From NCBI RefSeq assembly GCF_964204645.1, contig NC_134035.1:8712451-8776450 (forward strand): 64,000 nt of DNA, given 5' to 3'. Numbering within the stretch: the stretch's first letter is position 1; each line of letters starts with the position of its first letter. Positions 25,544 to 37,089 of this stretch are shown in pieces. The DNA comes from Tubulanus polymorphus (lineage: Eukaryota; Animalia; Nemertea). Below the pieces are notes generated by a model. That model was not told where the DNA came from. It worked only from the letters and a program-made list of their open reading frames with translations, and made no database searches. The translations under genes and the position numbers were made by a program.

Positions 25544-28500
25544 ATGGCTTCAGTCGATATGAATCAAGGCGACGGGCGACTTTTGCGCACCATTCTGGAT
25601 ACCCAAGGTACCGACAGTTCCGCGAGTGCGACGAGTAGCGAACAGGACCAGCCAGAACCCTCGAGAAAGAAAACTCCCAGATCGGGCAGTTCAGAAAGCG
25701 AAAGCAGTGACAGTGAATCGACGCGTAGCGTTTCGTATCAGTCGAGCGACAGCAGCGACGATTCTGGAACGATCAAGTCCGATTCTTCCGATGATAGCGA
25801 GAATGATGATGATACAGTCAACGGAAAAGAGGAGCGAGTCGCTATAGATACAGATAAAGACACCGGCGACACGTTAGACAATGCTGACGTCGAGAACGTA
25901 TCCAGTAGATGTGCTAAAGATGAAACTGAGGGAGTAGATATCGTCGCGAAAGAGTCGGAATCTCCCAGAGTCGTCGAAGATGCTCAGTCTCCCAACGATG
26001 CGGTAAATGATGATAATCAAAAAGAACAATTCAACGATTTTATCGCTATAAACACCGTTGTTGCCGCTAATAGCGAAAAGTCGCAATCGAAACCTAAGAA
26101 ACCGAAACGTAAGCGTTCCAAAAGTGCCAAATATAGACAGGATGTGTTAGCGACTGGGTCGCTGTCTTCTGATAATTTTCGGTATTCGAAACACGAACGA
26201 GCGCAACGAGATGAACTGGCGATAGATGGCGTGGCAAATCGAAGGCGCAGGCGCAACGAGCAATCGGCTGCCCGAGGCGGCAGGCGAAAAACCGCGGACA
26301 CGTCTCCGGTACCCGTATCCAGCACGCTTTACCAGCCAGAACCAGCCAGCAATGACGATAAACTCCATATCAAATATCTCGAACTGATGTCGATTTTGAG
26401 ACAGACGGATCGACGAGCTTTTCGATCGTTACAATCAAGAGTCGTTCACATGTACGGCGAGAAAGTGAACAAATTCATGCCGGTCGAATCGTACCATGCG
26501 AAAAACAACAACAACGGATCGTGCAGTAACTACGTGAGGGTTCACGGAGCAGACGATTCCGTCGCTTCTACCGACAGATCCAGTAACCGCGACGAGTTCG
26601 TGTTCGTTCCGTCTATCGGTAAGAAGAATTCCCGCAGCCGACCGAAGACCGCAACCGCCAACGATAAAACGGATCGAGAATGCGGTAGTAAACCGAATCT
26701 CAGACGCAGTCGTTCGAATCTCGAAGCGAAGTATAAACATCTACAGGATCTACTGACCGAGCAATTCAAACACGAGTCTGAATCTTTGATTCGTAATCAA
26801 CTGAAACAAACAATCGACGTCGTGAAGCATTATCAGGAAGAACTGTGCAAAATAGACGATCGAGACGACGCTGCCGCCGAGGAAGCCGTGGACGAGGAAG
26901 AGACGGGATCCATAGATAGAACTGATAATCAGCAGCAGCAACAGCAGCATCGCCGCCGCCGCAACCACCGTAGACAGAGTGATACTAGTGACAGTGGTAC
27001 GCAAACACCTCGATCTGATGGTACAGGTGTTAATGATCATAATGACGATGAAAATGACGATGTGTTTAGCAAAGGAAGTGGTAAGTGTACATCGTAAATA
27101 ATGATATCGTTCTTACATCTTTATACGGTTATACAGTACATTCCCCTTTTGTGATTTTTATGTTCATATTTCTGACTCCTCTTTCTGCAGAACTAACAAG
27201 CAGCGAAAGTTCACTGTCGGCCTCAAAACGAGTGACATTTTCTGACGGTAATATCGAAGTTTCCGGTCGTTCGAACAGAGAGGAAAAGTCTGACGTAGGC
27301 ATTTTGAAGCGCCCGATCATCGTTGAAGTTAATGGTACGAGGCCTCGAGTTGGACGCCCCAAGAGACCAGACGCCCAAAGAGTACGTTCGCCGGAGAAGA
27401 CGAATAGCGGGGACTCCAATTTGCATCAAAGGCAACAATTCTACGGCTCCGATCACAGATTAGCCGACACCGATAACGAATCGATCTTAATTTGGTTGAA
27501 GGAGAAAAATAAACTACAAAAGCAACAGCGTAAACAAGAGCGAGCGAAGAAACGAAAGGAGCGACAACAACTGGCCGAAAAAGCAGCCGATCGACTTGAA
27601 CGAGAAAGCGAAGCGCACGATGCTATGTTGGGCTGGATGAAACGTAAGCGCCACGAAGAACAACTTCTTAAAAAGAGGAAGAAGAAAGAAAAGGAACGTC
27701 TTCGGAAAACTGAGGAATCGACCAGAGAGCCGGAGGAGACCAGTAATCGGCTGAAAACAGACCTTTCTTATAATTCTGGGAATTCTGCTGATGGAGTGAA
27801 TAGATTCGAAGCCGATCGCGTCGACAGTAGGTTCAGAGACGGCCCCACTAATGCTGAAATAGCGTCTAAACTATCTCACGGTGGTCGACCCCGATCTTCG
27901 TATACTTACAAAAGCGTTTCACAGAAAAAGGCGGCAAAACTCGCTATGGAGGAAGAGAAACGTAGACGGGATGAACTTCTCAAGAAGAGAATAGCGTACG
28001 ATCAGTGGCTGAAAGCGAAAGCCGAAGAAGCGATCAGACAAAGACGTAACGAGAAAAAGAAAGAAGCCGAAGAAGCGAATCGCGCGGATCCCGAATACGT
28101 CAAAATAATTCCCGATTTGGCCAAAAATCGATGCGAGAAAATCGATAGGAATAAAAAACGTATCGACACCGGTTTACCGGAAATAGATCGCCGGGCGAAT
28201 TCCTATCCGAGGCCGAAACGATCCGACCAAAATCAAGAACCGAAACAAACGACTGGTAACTATATTTGGAAAGAACCTAAACAAACGCGACCTCCGTCAT
28301 CGTCAAAACCGCGTTCGCCACGAACTGTTAAATCGCGTGATACCCCGGGTGCGATCCCCACCAGACATTGTATAGAGATCCCGGACCAGATAGCCGAAAA
28401 TACGTCGAAACCACCGCCACCAAACAACAAAACTAGACTGAACGATTTAACCAGTGAACTGTCGCCGAAACGACCGTCCTCCGCTCCTAGTGATCGTCCA

Positions 28501-28971
28501 TCATCGGGACGTCGTAAATGGACGTCTCCGACGCCGCTGCGCCAGTCTACCGAGCAAGGAGAGGAGTATTCCGAGTATATCAACGATAAGTTGAACGTCG
28601 AACGACCAGAGCCGCAAGGATGCGACCGACCCGAGGAACCGGTATGCAACAAAGCGCGGGATGAAAATGGTCATAGCGACGAATCGGTCCCAACGCCTCC
28701 ACCGACACCACCCGGTAAAAAGAAAGTATCGTTTGGCGCGTCGAAACTCGTCTACACGATGGACGATACGCCGTCGAGCGGGTCGTCAGACGTTACGCCG
28801 CCACCGGAGGAATCCGGAACTAAACGGGAGTCCGCCGATAACGATAGTTTAAGTCGCCAGTTGGACGATGTCATCAACGGCAGGAAGGATTACAATGAAA
28901 CCGATGCGCCTTTATTAAATAATGACGGTTTCTTTATTACATCCCTGTGCTCGGATGAGGATAGCGTTTAA
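25544..28971 (+). CDS. Large low-complexity, charged coiled-coil protein of CCDC181/CCDC34/MAP9 type; exons 25544-27080, 27191-28971; ~1105 aa
   Basis: Two long ORFs joined in phase by a 110-bp GT-AG intron. Repeated W-containing charged helices (IWLKEK, GWMKRK, AYDQWLKAK) are typical of the CCDC34/CCDC181 group. AATAAA at about 29063. Confidence 0.8.
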
Positions 28972-29261
28972 AAAACACAAAAGACAAAAAAAAATCAAAC
29001 CCGGATGGATAGCAAAGCAGATAATGTGCCAAACAATCTTAAAACAATTTCCTATTTATTTGAATAAATCACTTTCATACCACGTATTCACGTATTTATA
29101 AACACGAAATGTTTTTGTATGTTTACCCCGTTAGTTTCTATCAGACAGAAAAAATGTTAATATATCACACATCTTTTTATAATAATTTATAGTTACAATA
29201 TTATATACTGTCGACTTGTTTAGTTTATTTCTTTCGGGATTCTCTGGTGGTGTATCAATGC

Positions 29262-29490
29262 ATGATTAATGATAAATATTAATAAAGAATATTTATATAG
29301 CGCCTTTCCATGTTACATGCCCAAAGCGCTGTTTCTCCAAAGTGTTTGTGGAACAACCATGTTTTGAGCTGTGATTTTAAACTATTGATAAATTCCAGTG
29401 ATTTTAAGCCCGCAGGGAGGGAATTCCAAAGTTTGGGACCAGAAGCCGAAAAAGCACGATCACCAAAGTTAATTCTACGGAAACGTTCAC
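29262..29490 (-). mobile_element. 3' end of an L2/CR1-group LINE
   Basis: Minus strand reads FGDRAFSASGPKLWNSLPAGLKSLEFINSLKSQLKTWLF, an RT-ORF C-terminus. It is followed by the stem-loop gcgctttgggcatg-taa-catggaaaggcgc, then tatataaat and an ATT-rich tail. Confidence 0.85.
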
Positions 29491-29512
29491 AATAGCGCCT
29501 GCATGCTCCCTC

Positions 29513-30541
29513 TCAAAGGGATGTTGAAACGGTATCATTCGTGGTTCTTTCCGACGATGGTTCTTCGTGTACGATATATCCGGGACAACATCGACAACGA
29601 CAGCAACAGCGACGGAAACAGTTTTTGTACGCATTTTTGATGTTCGTGTTCAAGAAACCGTAGATGATCGGATTGGTCGCGCAGCCCGCGTACGCCATTA
29701 ACATCGTCCATGTTAATACTTCATCGAGGTCTGCTGTCGTGTAAAAGTCAGCGATGATAGCTCCCGCAACCGGGTAGAATAGGATGACATAAACTACGAA
29801 CGCTAGTAACAATACGGCTACCGCTCTTGTCTTGGCGTTCAGTCGTTTGCTGCTGCGGAAGACTGTATCTACGTTTCCCGACTGCGCTCGTCTGCCATAC
29901 TTCGTCCTGTTTGTCGTCGACGATGACGTATTTGCCGGCGGCCGGGGTTTAGACACAGCCGGTCCGGATTTCCTGATCTTTCTAATCACCATCGTATACA
30001 AACCGAGATTGATGAACGACGGAACCAAGACTCCGACTATGATCATAATCACCGCGAATGTCGGATATCGACGATCTATCGAACAGAGTTTAACTCGCTC
30101 GTCGTACGAATACACGACCCAACCCAAAGTAGCCGATCCTACGACCAACACCAGGCTGAATAGCCATATTCCTACGGTTATCAAAATAACATTTCGGCGG
30201 TTGAAAATCCTGCTGTACGCGTTCGGCCAGCATATCTTCACGTACCGATTCGTGGCTATAGCCGTTTGGCCGAAAAACGACACGAAAAAAGTCACGTACA
30301 TACACGTGCCGGCCGTCGTGCAGACGAGATTGCTGCCGTGATCGATGGAACGCCTTCCGAGGGTTCTCCTGGTTGCTGCGAGGACCAGACTCACCAGCAG
30401 GTCAGACGTCGCTACTACGATGATGAAAATGTTCGTCGAAGTTTGAATTCGTTTCGTCAACGCGAACACTGTTATCAGCGAGGTGTTACCGAATATGACG
30501 AACAGAGTCGTGATGATTTGTACGATGTCGTTTGCGCCCAT
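29513..30541 (-). CDS. Class A GPCR with intronless CDS, melatonin-receptor/Moody-Tre1-like (NRY type), 342 aa
   Basis: Seven hydrophobic segments; GN in TM1, D in TM2, TNRYVKIC in TM3, NPIIY in TM7; Cys-rich C-tail. Confidence 0.9.
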   Translation of the reverse strand: MGANDIVQIITTLFVIFGNTSLITVFALTKRIQTSTNIFIIVVATSDLLVSLVLAATRRTLGRRSIDHGSNLVCTTAGTCMYVTFFVSFFGQTAIATNRYVKICWPNAYSRIFNRRNVILITVGIWLFSLVLVVGSATLGWVVYSYDERVKLCSIDRRYPTFAVIMIIVGVLVPSFINLGLYTMVIRKIRKSGPAVSKPRPPANTSSSTTNRTKYGRRAQSGNVDTVFRSSKRLNAKTRAVAVLLLAFVVYVILFYPVAGAIIADFYTTADLDEVLTWTMLMAYAGCATNPIIYGFLNTNIKNAYKNCFRRCCCRCRCCPGYIVHEEPSSERTTNDTVSTSL

Positions 30542-31420
30542 CTTTTTCGTCAGTCAAACTGAACGGCAGTTTCTCATGAATGTGCGCATTGGATTCTGTG
30601 CATGACTGCAATGAATTTCGCAACATATCCGTTGAGGGGGAAATGTTTTTTTGTTTGTTTATTTGTAACTATTGTGGAAAATCCATAGGGTTAGACAATG
30701 TGACTAAATGACAAGGAAGTAATTGATGAGTATTGATATTTATTTCATTTTAATCGTTCTTAAAATGAATAGATCATCTTTCTATATGCAGTTCCACGAA
30801 TAATAACATTTGCGCTCATGTTCCGATGAATGTCGTTTGATATAAATTTTGAACGGAAAAATCTGTATCATCCTCGCATGCCATAGTTGTGAGAAACCTC
30901 AACCGTCAAGTGCCGCCCCTATACACATCGTAAGCGGTGAATATGCGAACTAGTTTATTACTCGCGCGCCACAGTTCAATTTAATTTCAACAGAGAGGCA
31001 GCACCTGACGGTCACTGATTGTCACCATTGACGGCGGGCCGGAAAACCACTAAGAAATTTTTAAAACACTCGAGACTGAAACTATATACACAAAACTGCT
31101 GTTATTTATCTACATATTTTTTCCTAGATAAAGAGGGACATATTGATCTGTATCCTTGTCTGTAACACACACGAATAAGGCGATAGATTTTAGGCGGTAG
31201 AATGATCACAGAGTTACTATTTGTTCTAGCGATACAGTATCACACTCAAGTCTGACAAAAGATCGATCGATTATCCACCTATGTAATAGATTATAGTGCT
31301 GCTCATACTGGATGCCTCTCGATTTTGACGAGAGGACATATTACGACTAACGAACCATTATTTTTGATGATTTGAAAATAATTTCAAATGATAGGCATGA
31401 TAACATTTTGTTAAGATTGA

Positions 31421-31543
31421 TTTAGTTCATTAAACAGAGTGTCTTCAGTTCATTAAACAGAGTGTCTTTAGTTCATTAAACAGAGTTTCTTTAGATCATA
31501 AAAACAGAGTTTCTTTAGTTCATTAAACAGAGTTTATCTAGTT
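31421..31543. repeat. Minisatellite, ~23-bp unit, ~5 copies
   Basis: Unit ttagttcattaaacagagt(g/t)tct in direct tandem with no spacers. Confidence 0.9.
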
Positions 31544-32832
31544 GAGTTTCTTTTCTGATTCAAATGTGTTAAAGAAGACTTTTAAACAATCCTTCAATAC
31601 AGTGTAAAATGGATATAAGAACGATGGTGTATTTAGACTGCACAGGTTCACTGCCTGATCGTATTACGACCGAATTGAGGCATGTGTTCCAAGCTTTTAA
31701 GAACTATATACCAAATAAATCGATGTTAGACTAAGAAAGGCTTTAGTGGATAAGAAGACCATCTTTTTCCCGGGAATCTTCCGTTTTCCAAAATGGCCGC
31801 TCTAAATGTGAATTACGTGTATACACCTGTAAAGATAATGCGCCCGATTATGGATCACTTAAATTGGATTTTTTATCAGCTGCCGATCTAGCGACCGTAA
31901 AGCTTATCCGACGAGATAAAACTGAACTCTACCCGCATCACGCGATAAAACACGAAGATTGTCGTATATTCAGCCGGTATCACAATCGCGTCGATCGTTC
32001 AGTTAAACCCAAACACCGATCGACTCAACTCGCGTCATATTTGTGTTTACGGTCATTAAGCGTCTACGCTTTCAGTTATATATGAAAACCGGTGTGATTG
32101 TTCTCCGATCATTATGCATTTGTTGACGGAGCGAATTTTCACAATACGGCGCGAAAGTTTAGATTGCTAACAGCATTTGGCTAAACGTGAAATATATTAG
32201 TTGATTCTATAAGTTCATATTGGAAATGTATATTGGAAATGGTTGATACTGAACAGGTGAGTAAATGTAATCTGACATTTTATGTTTCACGTCTATTCGT
32301 TGTACAGATTTTCTTTTCTTTTTTTACGAATCAGTAAGTTAACCTTTTATGGTGTTTGAATTGTTAGGCGTTAAGTTATGCTTAAATCTTTAAAGATACA
32401 CTCTTTACACCGCGTTGAATTTGTTTCATGTTATTGCTATCATCATGTTTCTATTCAATTATTCATGAGATTTAGATTGAATGTTTATCGTCATTTCCCC
32501 AGGGATTCATCCATCAGGGAACATCTGATGAGCTACCTCACTATCTCCACAATATTGCCATTTAATTCTAAACAATTGAGGTAGGTGGTTTTTCATCGTG
32601 TATTCCACTAATTGTATTACACTAATTTCTCTACAGAATGATGAGAGGATAGGCAGAGATAAACTCTAAATTCAACTGTAAAGTTTGTTTGAAAACTGCA
32701 AGAAAACTGCGATTGGGGGATTCAGGTTCTCGCGGAGGATATGATAAATTTTTCACACATTTCACTTAAAGATAAAGACCAACAAATTACTTTAAAATCC
32801 GATTATATTTAGGTGTATATGGTAAAATCGAG

Positions 32833-32941
32833 GGGCCGGATTTGTAGACTGCTATTACCTTTAACCCTGAGGCTTATCCAATTGAAAATGAATTGAGTTA
32901 ACCCCCGGGTTAAAGGTAAAACTAGTCTATAAAACCGGCCC
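32833..32941. mobile_element. Short MITE with GGGCCGG ends (Harbinger-like)
   Basis: gggccggatttgtagact...tacctttaaccc / gggttaaaggta...agtctataaaaccggccc. Confidence 0.6.
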
Positions 32942-33192
32942 GTGGATTTTAGTATGAGTTGAGAATGCTTCAACCCATCCGCAGAGATTTATTTGAAATG
33001 AAGATGCGAAACATCAGTGTAACTTATTTCCGTTGCTAATCACCAATATTGCGAACCTTTGATATACACACTACATATAGACTATGACTAATGTTAATTA
33101 TGTATTTTATGTATTTTATGTGCAGATGATAAAATCATGTTTTTAGTATCAGTTTACTCTTGGTTTACAGGTTGAATTACGAAGTCTACACA

Positions 33193-34236
33193 ATGACCAC
33201 GCCCATAACTGCGTCAGTGACAAGTCAACCATCCATCAAAAACTACACCGAATACCAAATCGGTCGGTTCATTTATCGCATATTCCCCGTTATTGGCATC
33301 ATCGTCGCCACGATCGGCAACACGATGTGCTTGATATTGATGAACCGAAAATCACTGCGCGAATCGTCTGCTAGCGTTTACCTGTCGGCCATCGCCGTAG
33401 CCGACACTTGTACCGTCTATACCGGATTACTACCCGCCTGGCTTCAGGCGCAGTTCGACATCAACCTGGCTAAAAGAAGCACGTTTATTTGTCACCTTAT
33501 GGAGTTTCTATTGTATTCGGTATCCGAGGTGGCTGTATGGTTAGTCGTGGCGTTGACTATCGACAGGTTTATATCGGTGGTTTTTCCGTTGAAGGCCCGG
33601 TATTTCTGTACGAAGAAGAAAGCGTCGGTAGCCATCGCGATTATATGCGCGTTGGCGACGATCAAGAACGTGCACATATTTTTCACGAGAGGACCCGTTC
33701 TCGACAACGCGCATCGGTGCCAGTTCCTCGAACCGTTCGAATACTTCGAGGCGTTCGTTCGGCCGTGGATCGCGTTCACGCTGTACGCGTTTTTGCCGAT
33801 ATCGATTATTTTCGCGTGCAACATCGCCATCGTTTATACGTTGATCAAAATCCGAAAGAAGAAACTCGTAAATCAAGCGTCGAAAAAGACCGATCGGAAC
33901 AAGCGGGTTAACAGTATGACGGGCATGTTTCTGGCGATTTCGCTGACATTCCTATGTCTGATAACGCCCTCTATTAGCGTGGTAATATCGATACCGTATT
34001 GGGGAACTGGAATGCACGACCGAGCTAGATTGTATCTAACCCTCGCCGTTACTGAGATCCTCGTCTACTCAAATCATTCCGTTAACTTCGTTCTGTATTG
34101 TATCACGGGCCGTCGTTTCAGAGAAGAGTTTCTGAAGTTGTGCTCGTGTTGCCCGTCTCGGAGTAGGGTGTCTCCGGTGGATGGAACGAACCCGGGAGGC
34201 GAACTAAGTAACTCTAGAACGGCGGACAGATATTAA
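33193..34236 (+). CDS. Class A peptide GPCR with intronless CDS, FMRFamide/myosuppressin/GPR139-142-like, ~347 aa
   Basis: GN in TM1, YLSAIAVAD in TM2, TIDRFISV in TM3, NHSVNFVLY...RFR in TM7/H8. ATG at 33193 follows an acceptor at 33170. Confidence 0.9.
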   Translation: MTTPITASVTSQPSIKNYTEYQIGRFIYRIFPVIGIIVATIGNTMCLILMNRKSLRESSASVYLSAIAVADTCTVYTGLLPAWLQAQFDINLAKRSTFICHLMEFLLYSVSEVAVWLVVALTIDRFISVVFPLKARYFCTKKKASVAIAIICALATIKNVHIFFTRGPVLDNAHRCQFLEPFEYFEAFVRPWIAFTLYAFLPISIIFACNIAIVYTLIKIRKKKLVNQASKKTDRNKRVNSMTGMFLAISLTFLCLITPSISVVISIPYWGTGMHDRARLYLTLAVTEILVYSNHSVNFVLYCITGRRFREEFLKLCSCCPSRSRVSPVDGTNPGGELSNSRTADRY

Positions 34237-35355
34237 TAAGTAGACACTCCATTAGATTCAACAAGCAATAGGAGGAACCTCGCGCTGCCAAAGTACCCCC
34301 CCCCCTCCCCTACTCTCCACCCTTCTCCCCAATACTTAGAGGGACAGGAAACTTCGAACTGTACTGAATGTTAATGGCCGATGAAAGTAACAAAGACTTT
34401 TCGACAATCAATCAGTGAGCTATTGTCATTCCTGAATATCACTCTTTAGAAATAGGCGATTTTCGAAACTGTTATGAAGATATCGGACCGTAGTTATTAA
34501 TAAGCCAAACGGTCTAACAATGTATTTCCCCCGAACTGAATTTATGATAGACCCCGTCTATCCATAGTTGGTTTCTATAATCGTATTTACAATGCACTGA
34601 ACTCTACCGTTTGTAATTATATTTGCGTGATTAATTATGCAGTAAAGCATGCTTGACTTTCATATTAGTGATAATCCTCCAACCAACCACCGCGAAATAG
34701 ATATCATGTAGACATAACCATTACTGTAGTTCTGCTTTTTTTCTAGAAAAATTAGATTGAAAAAAAAAAACATTCAAATTTCTCGATCCAATGGGTTTGG
34801 TATAGAGGTTATTACCTGCTTTTTGCCATGACCGACGCCATATTGGTTAGCAAAAACACAATAGTTTACACATTCAAACAGACGCTCAAAATCCGTAAAT
34901 CCCCTGATCATCGTTTATTGCTTTGTCATGTACGGCTAGTCTCCATAGCACTGACAGGCAAACAAACTATGACGTCACATACAAGACCTCTACAGAATCT
35001 CCTTTAGACGCTCCTCATCTGTATCGGCTTAGGTTTTCTAAGTCAAGTTGTCGGGAATCGATATTAGTTCGGTGGTTTTCAATGTTAGAACCTGTAATTG
35101 TTCCATTTTTGAAATTTCATACATAATTCGAGATATCTTGGAGTGAATAACGTTTTTTTCAAGTGCCTTCTGCTTCACGTTTGATGTTAATTTTCGATTT
35201 TACGAACCGTTTTTGCATCATTGGTTTCCTATATTCAATTTCCTCTTTGTCCATTTCCTATACGCGTAAAGCCGACCGCCTGTATATCGTAATAATTCAT
35301 TATGAGATCCTGTATAGCGATATCAGACTGAGGGAACATTGCGTTGGTAGCATAG

Positions 35356-35780
35356 ATGTAAATATTGCCAGAAAATGTCAATATTTTCAGAGACTTATTT
35401 CGTGTCGTATATATTGATTTAAGATAAAACCAAGCTGATGTATTCGTGGAGATTTTTGAGTGTCGCCACTTTCAAAGAAGGGCATTTTAAAAACGGATTT
35501 CACCTTTTCTAACAGTGGAGTTGGCAAATTACTAATTGGCGTTCAGACTGACAGCAGTGTTCAAAATAGTCACTCAGAAGGCTTCATCGCGTTCCGCCCA
35601 TTTATTTTCTATAACAACTACCTCCTCTTTGGATGGATACTTCGCTAGTAAATGTAAAAACCGCCTGAATTGTCAATATTTTCATAGACTAATTTCGTGT
35701 CGCAAATATTGATTAAACATAAAACCAAGATGATGTTTTCGTGGGGGAATTCGAGTGTCGCCATTTTTAGAGAAGGGCTT
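35356..35780. repeat. Diverged ~130-bp direct duplication (35356-35488 and 35651-35780)
   Basis: atgtaaa...tgtcaatattttca.agact.atttcgtgtcg..atattgatt..ataaaaccaag.tgatgt.ttcgtgg...gagtgtcgcca...agaagggc occurs twice. Confidence 0.7.
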
Positions 35781-36612
35781 ATCAGATGTTTGTCGTTTGG
35801 TTAGTCATACCGGGAGGAGACACAAACACACGCGGAAACACTCCCGGATATACGGCTTATGAACGGGATGTATTTATTTCATCGTGACCTCGTGGGAGGG
35901 TGGGGCATTGTTGAATTGACCATTCAGCGGAAAATCGCATAGTCTGGGCAGTTTTTATCCGTATCTAGGTATACGGACTCAAGATGTTCAAGTGCCCTTT
36001 GGAAAATAGAGAAAAAAAACATAAACGCATCAAATACCCGATGTACTATCAAATACATCGGGTTCGGATAAACAAAATACGATGTATTTGTTGCACTGAC
36101 CAGTCTGATTGCAACATGGTCGCATGGGGCTTTTTGGATGAACATATGAAACTTACGCAATAAGTGAATCAAGTCAATTCTGAAAATGAAATAGCCACGT
36201 TCAACACAAGTATACCGTGCAGCAGAGTTTTTGAATCATAAGAGTCCAACCCACGTTTTGGGAAATACTTCCGTCAATGAATTATATGAATTCTTACAAC
36301 GATTCCCTTCGCGATAGAAGCGGCTATTCCTATAAAATATTTTGAAATACGAGATGCTCGAATCTGACGATTGCGTGTACGAAAATTGCAGCGCGCGTGG
36401 ACACCTGTGAAATTGAAAAATTCTTGTTGATTGAATCAAGATTTACCACAAAAACAACTCGATTTTATTACAATTCATTATATGGCGATTAATATCATTC
36501 ATCAAGTATAGATAATTTGATTAAAGTTTCCTGAGATTGCTCTGCCGTGTATCACGACCTGGTTATTATTGAAATGGATTCGTTTCGTGTTATTTGAGAT
36601 AATGATGTAATA

Positions 36613-36645
36613 ATTACTCGAGTAATGACACAGATCGAGTATAAA
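36613..36645 (+). promoter_or_regulatory. Promoter of amidohydrolase copy A: palindrome ATTACTCGAGTAAT plus TATA box
   Basis: TATAAA at 36640 lies ahead of a non-coding exon ending at donor 36730|gtggg. The same arrangement occurs at copy B. Confidence 0.5.
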
Positions 36646-37089
36646 GACGCTTGTTACTTCACGCAAGTCTTCGTCGAAAAGCTTCGTCTTCTTGGAGAAA
36701 TATCAACCGCAAGAGCTGATACATCGTTAGGTGGGTTCGACGCATCATTGAGATTTTCAGTTATCAGTGTCGATATTACCGTATCGACGTTATGACTATG
36801 TATTTCGAACACATCACATGCATATCACATGTTATTTGGCTGATATACAAATGGTAAATTATTTCATTAAAAGATAGTACTCCAAATTATAAATTCCATT
36901 AGTACGATATCCATAAGAGTAGTTTTAAGCCTGAAATACCCTCCACCCTGATACAATACTTATTCAGCAAAATTCGGCAAAATAGTAACATCACTAAAGA
37001 GATGGTTGCCTAAATTGCCAACTCATTCTTGGGCCTTTTTTAAAGAAAGTTTTCTCGATGTATAAAAGATTGGAGTTTTCTTTGTAGAA

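Noticed and set aside
25626-28852. Many overlapping and antisense ORFs within the coiled-coil gene (similar shadows occur over both GPCRs)
   Set aside because: Shadow frames of GC-richer real coding sequence
31421-31543. 23-bp repeat array as a CRISPR
   Set aside because: Direct tandem units with no unique spacers, no cas genes, and a eukaryotic context
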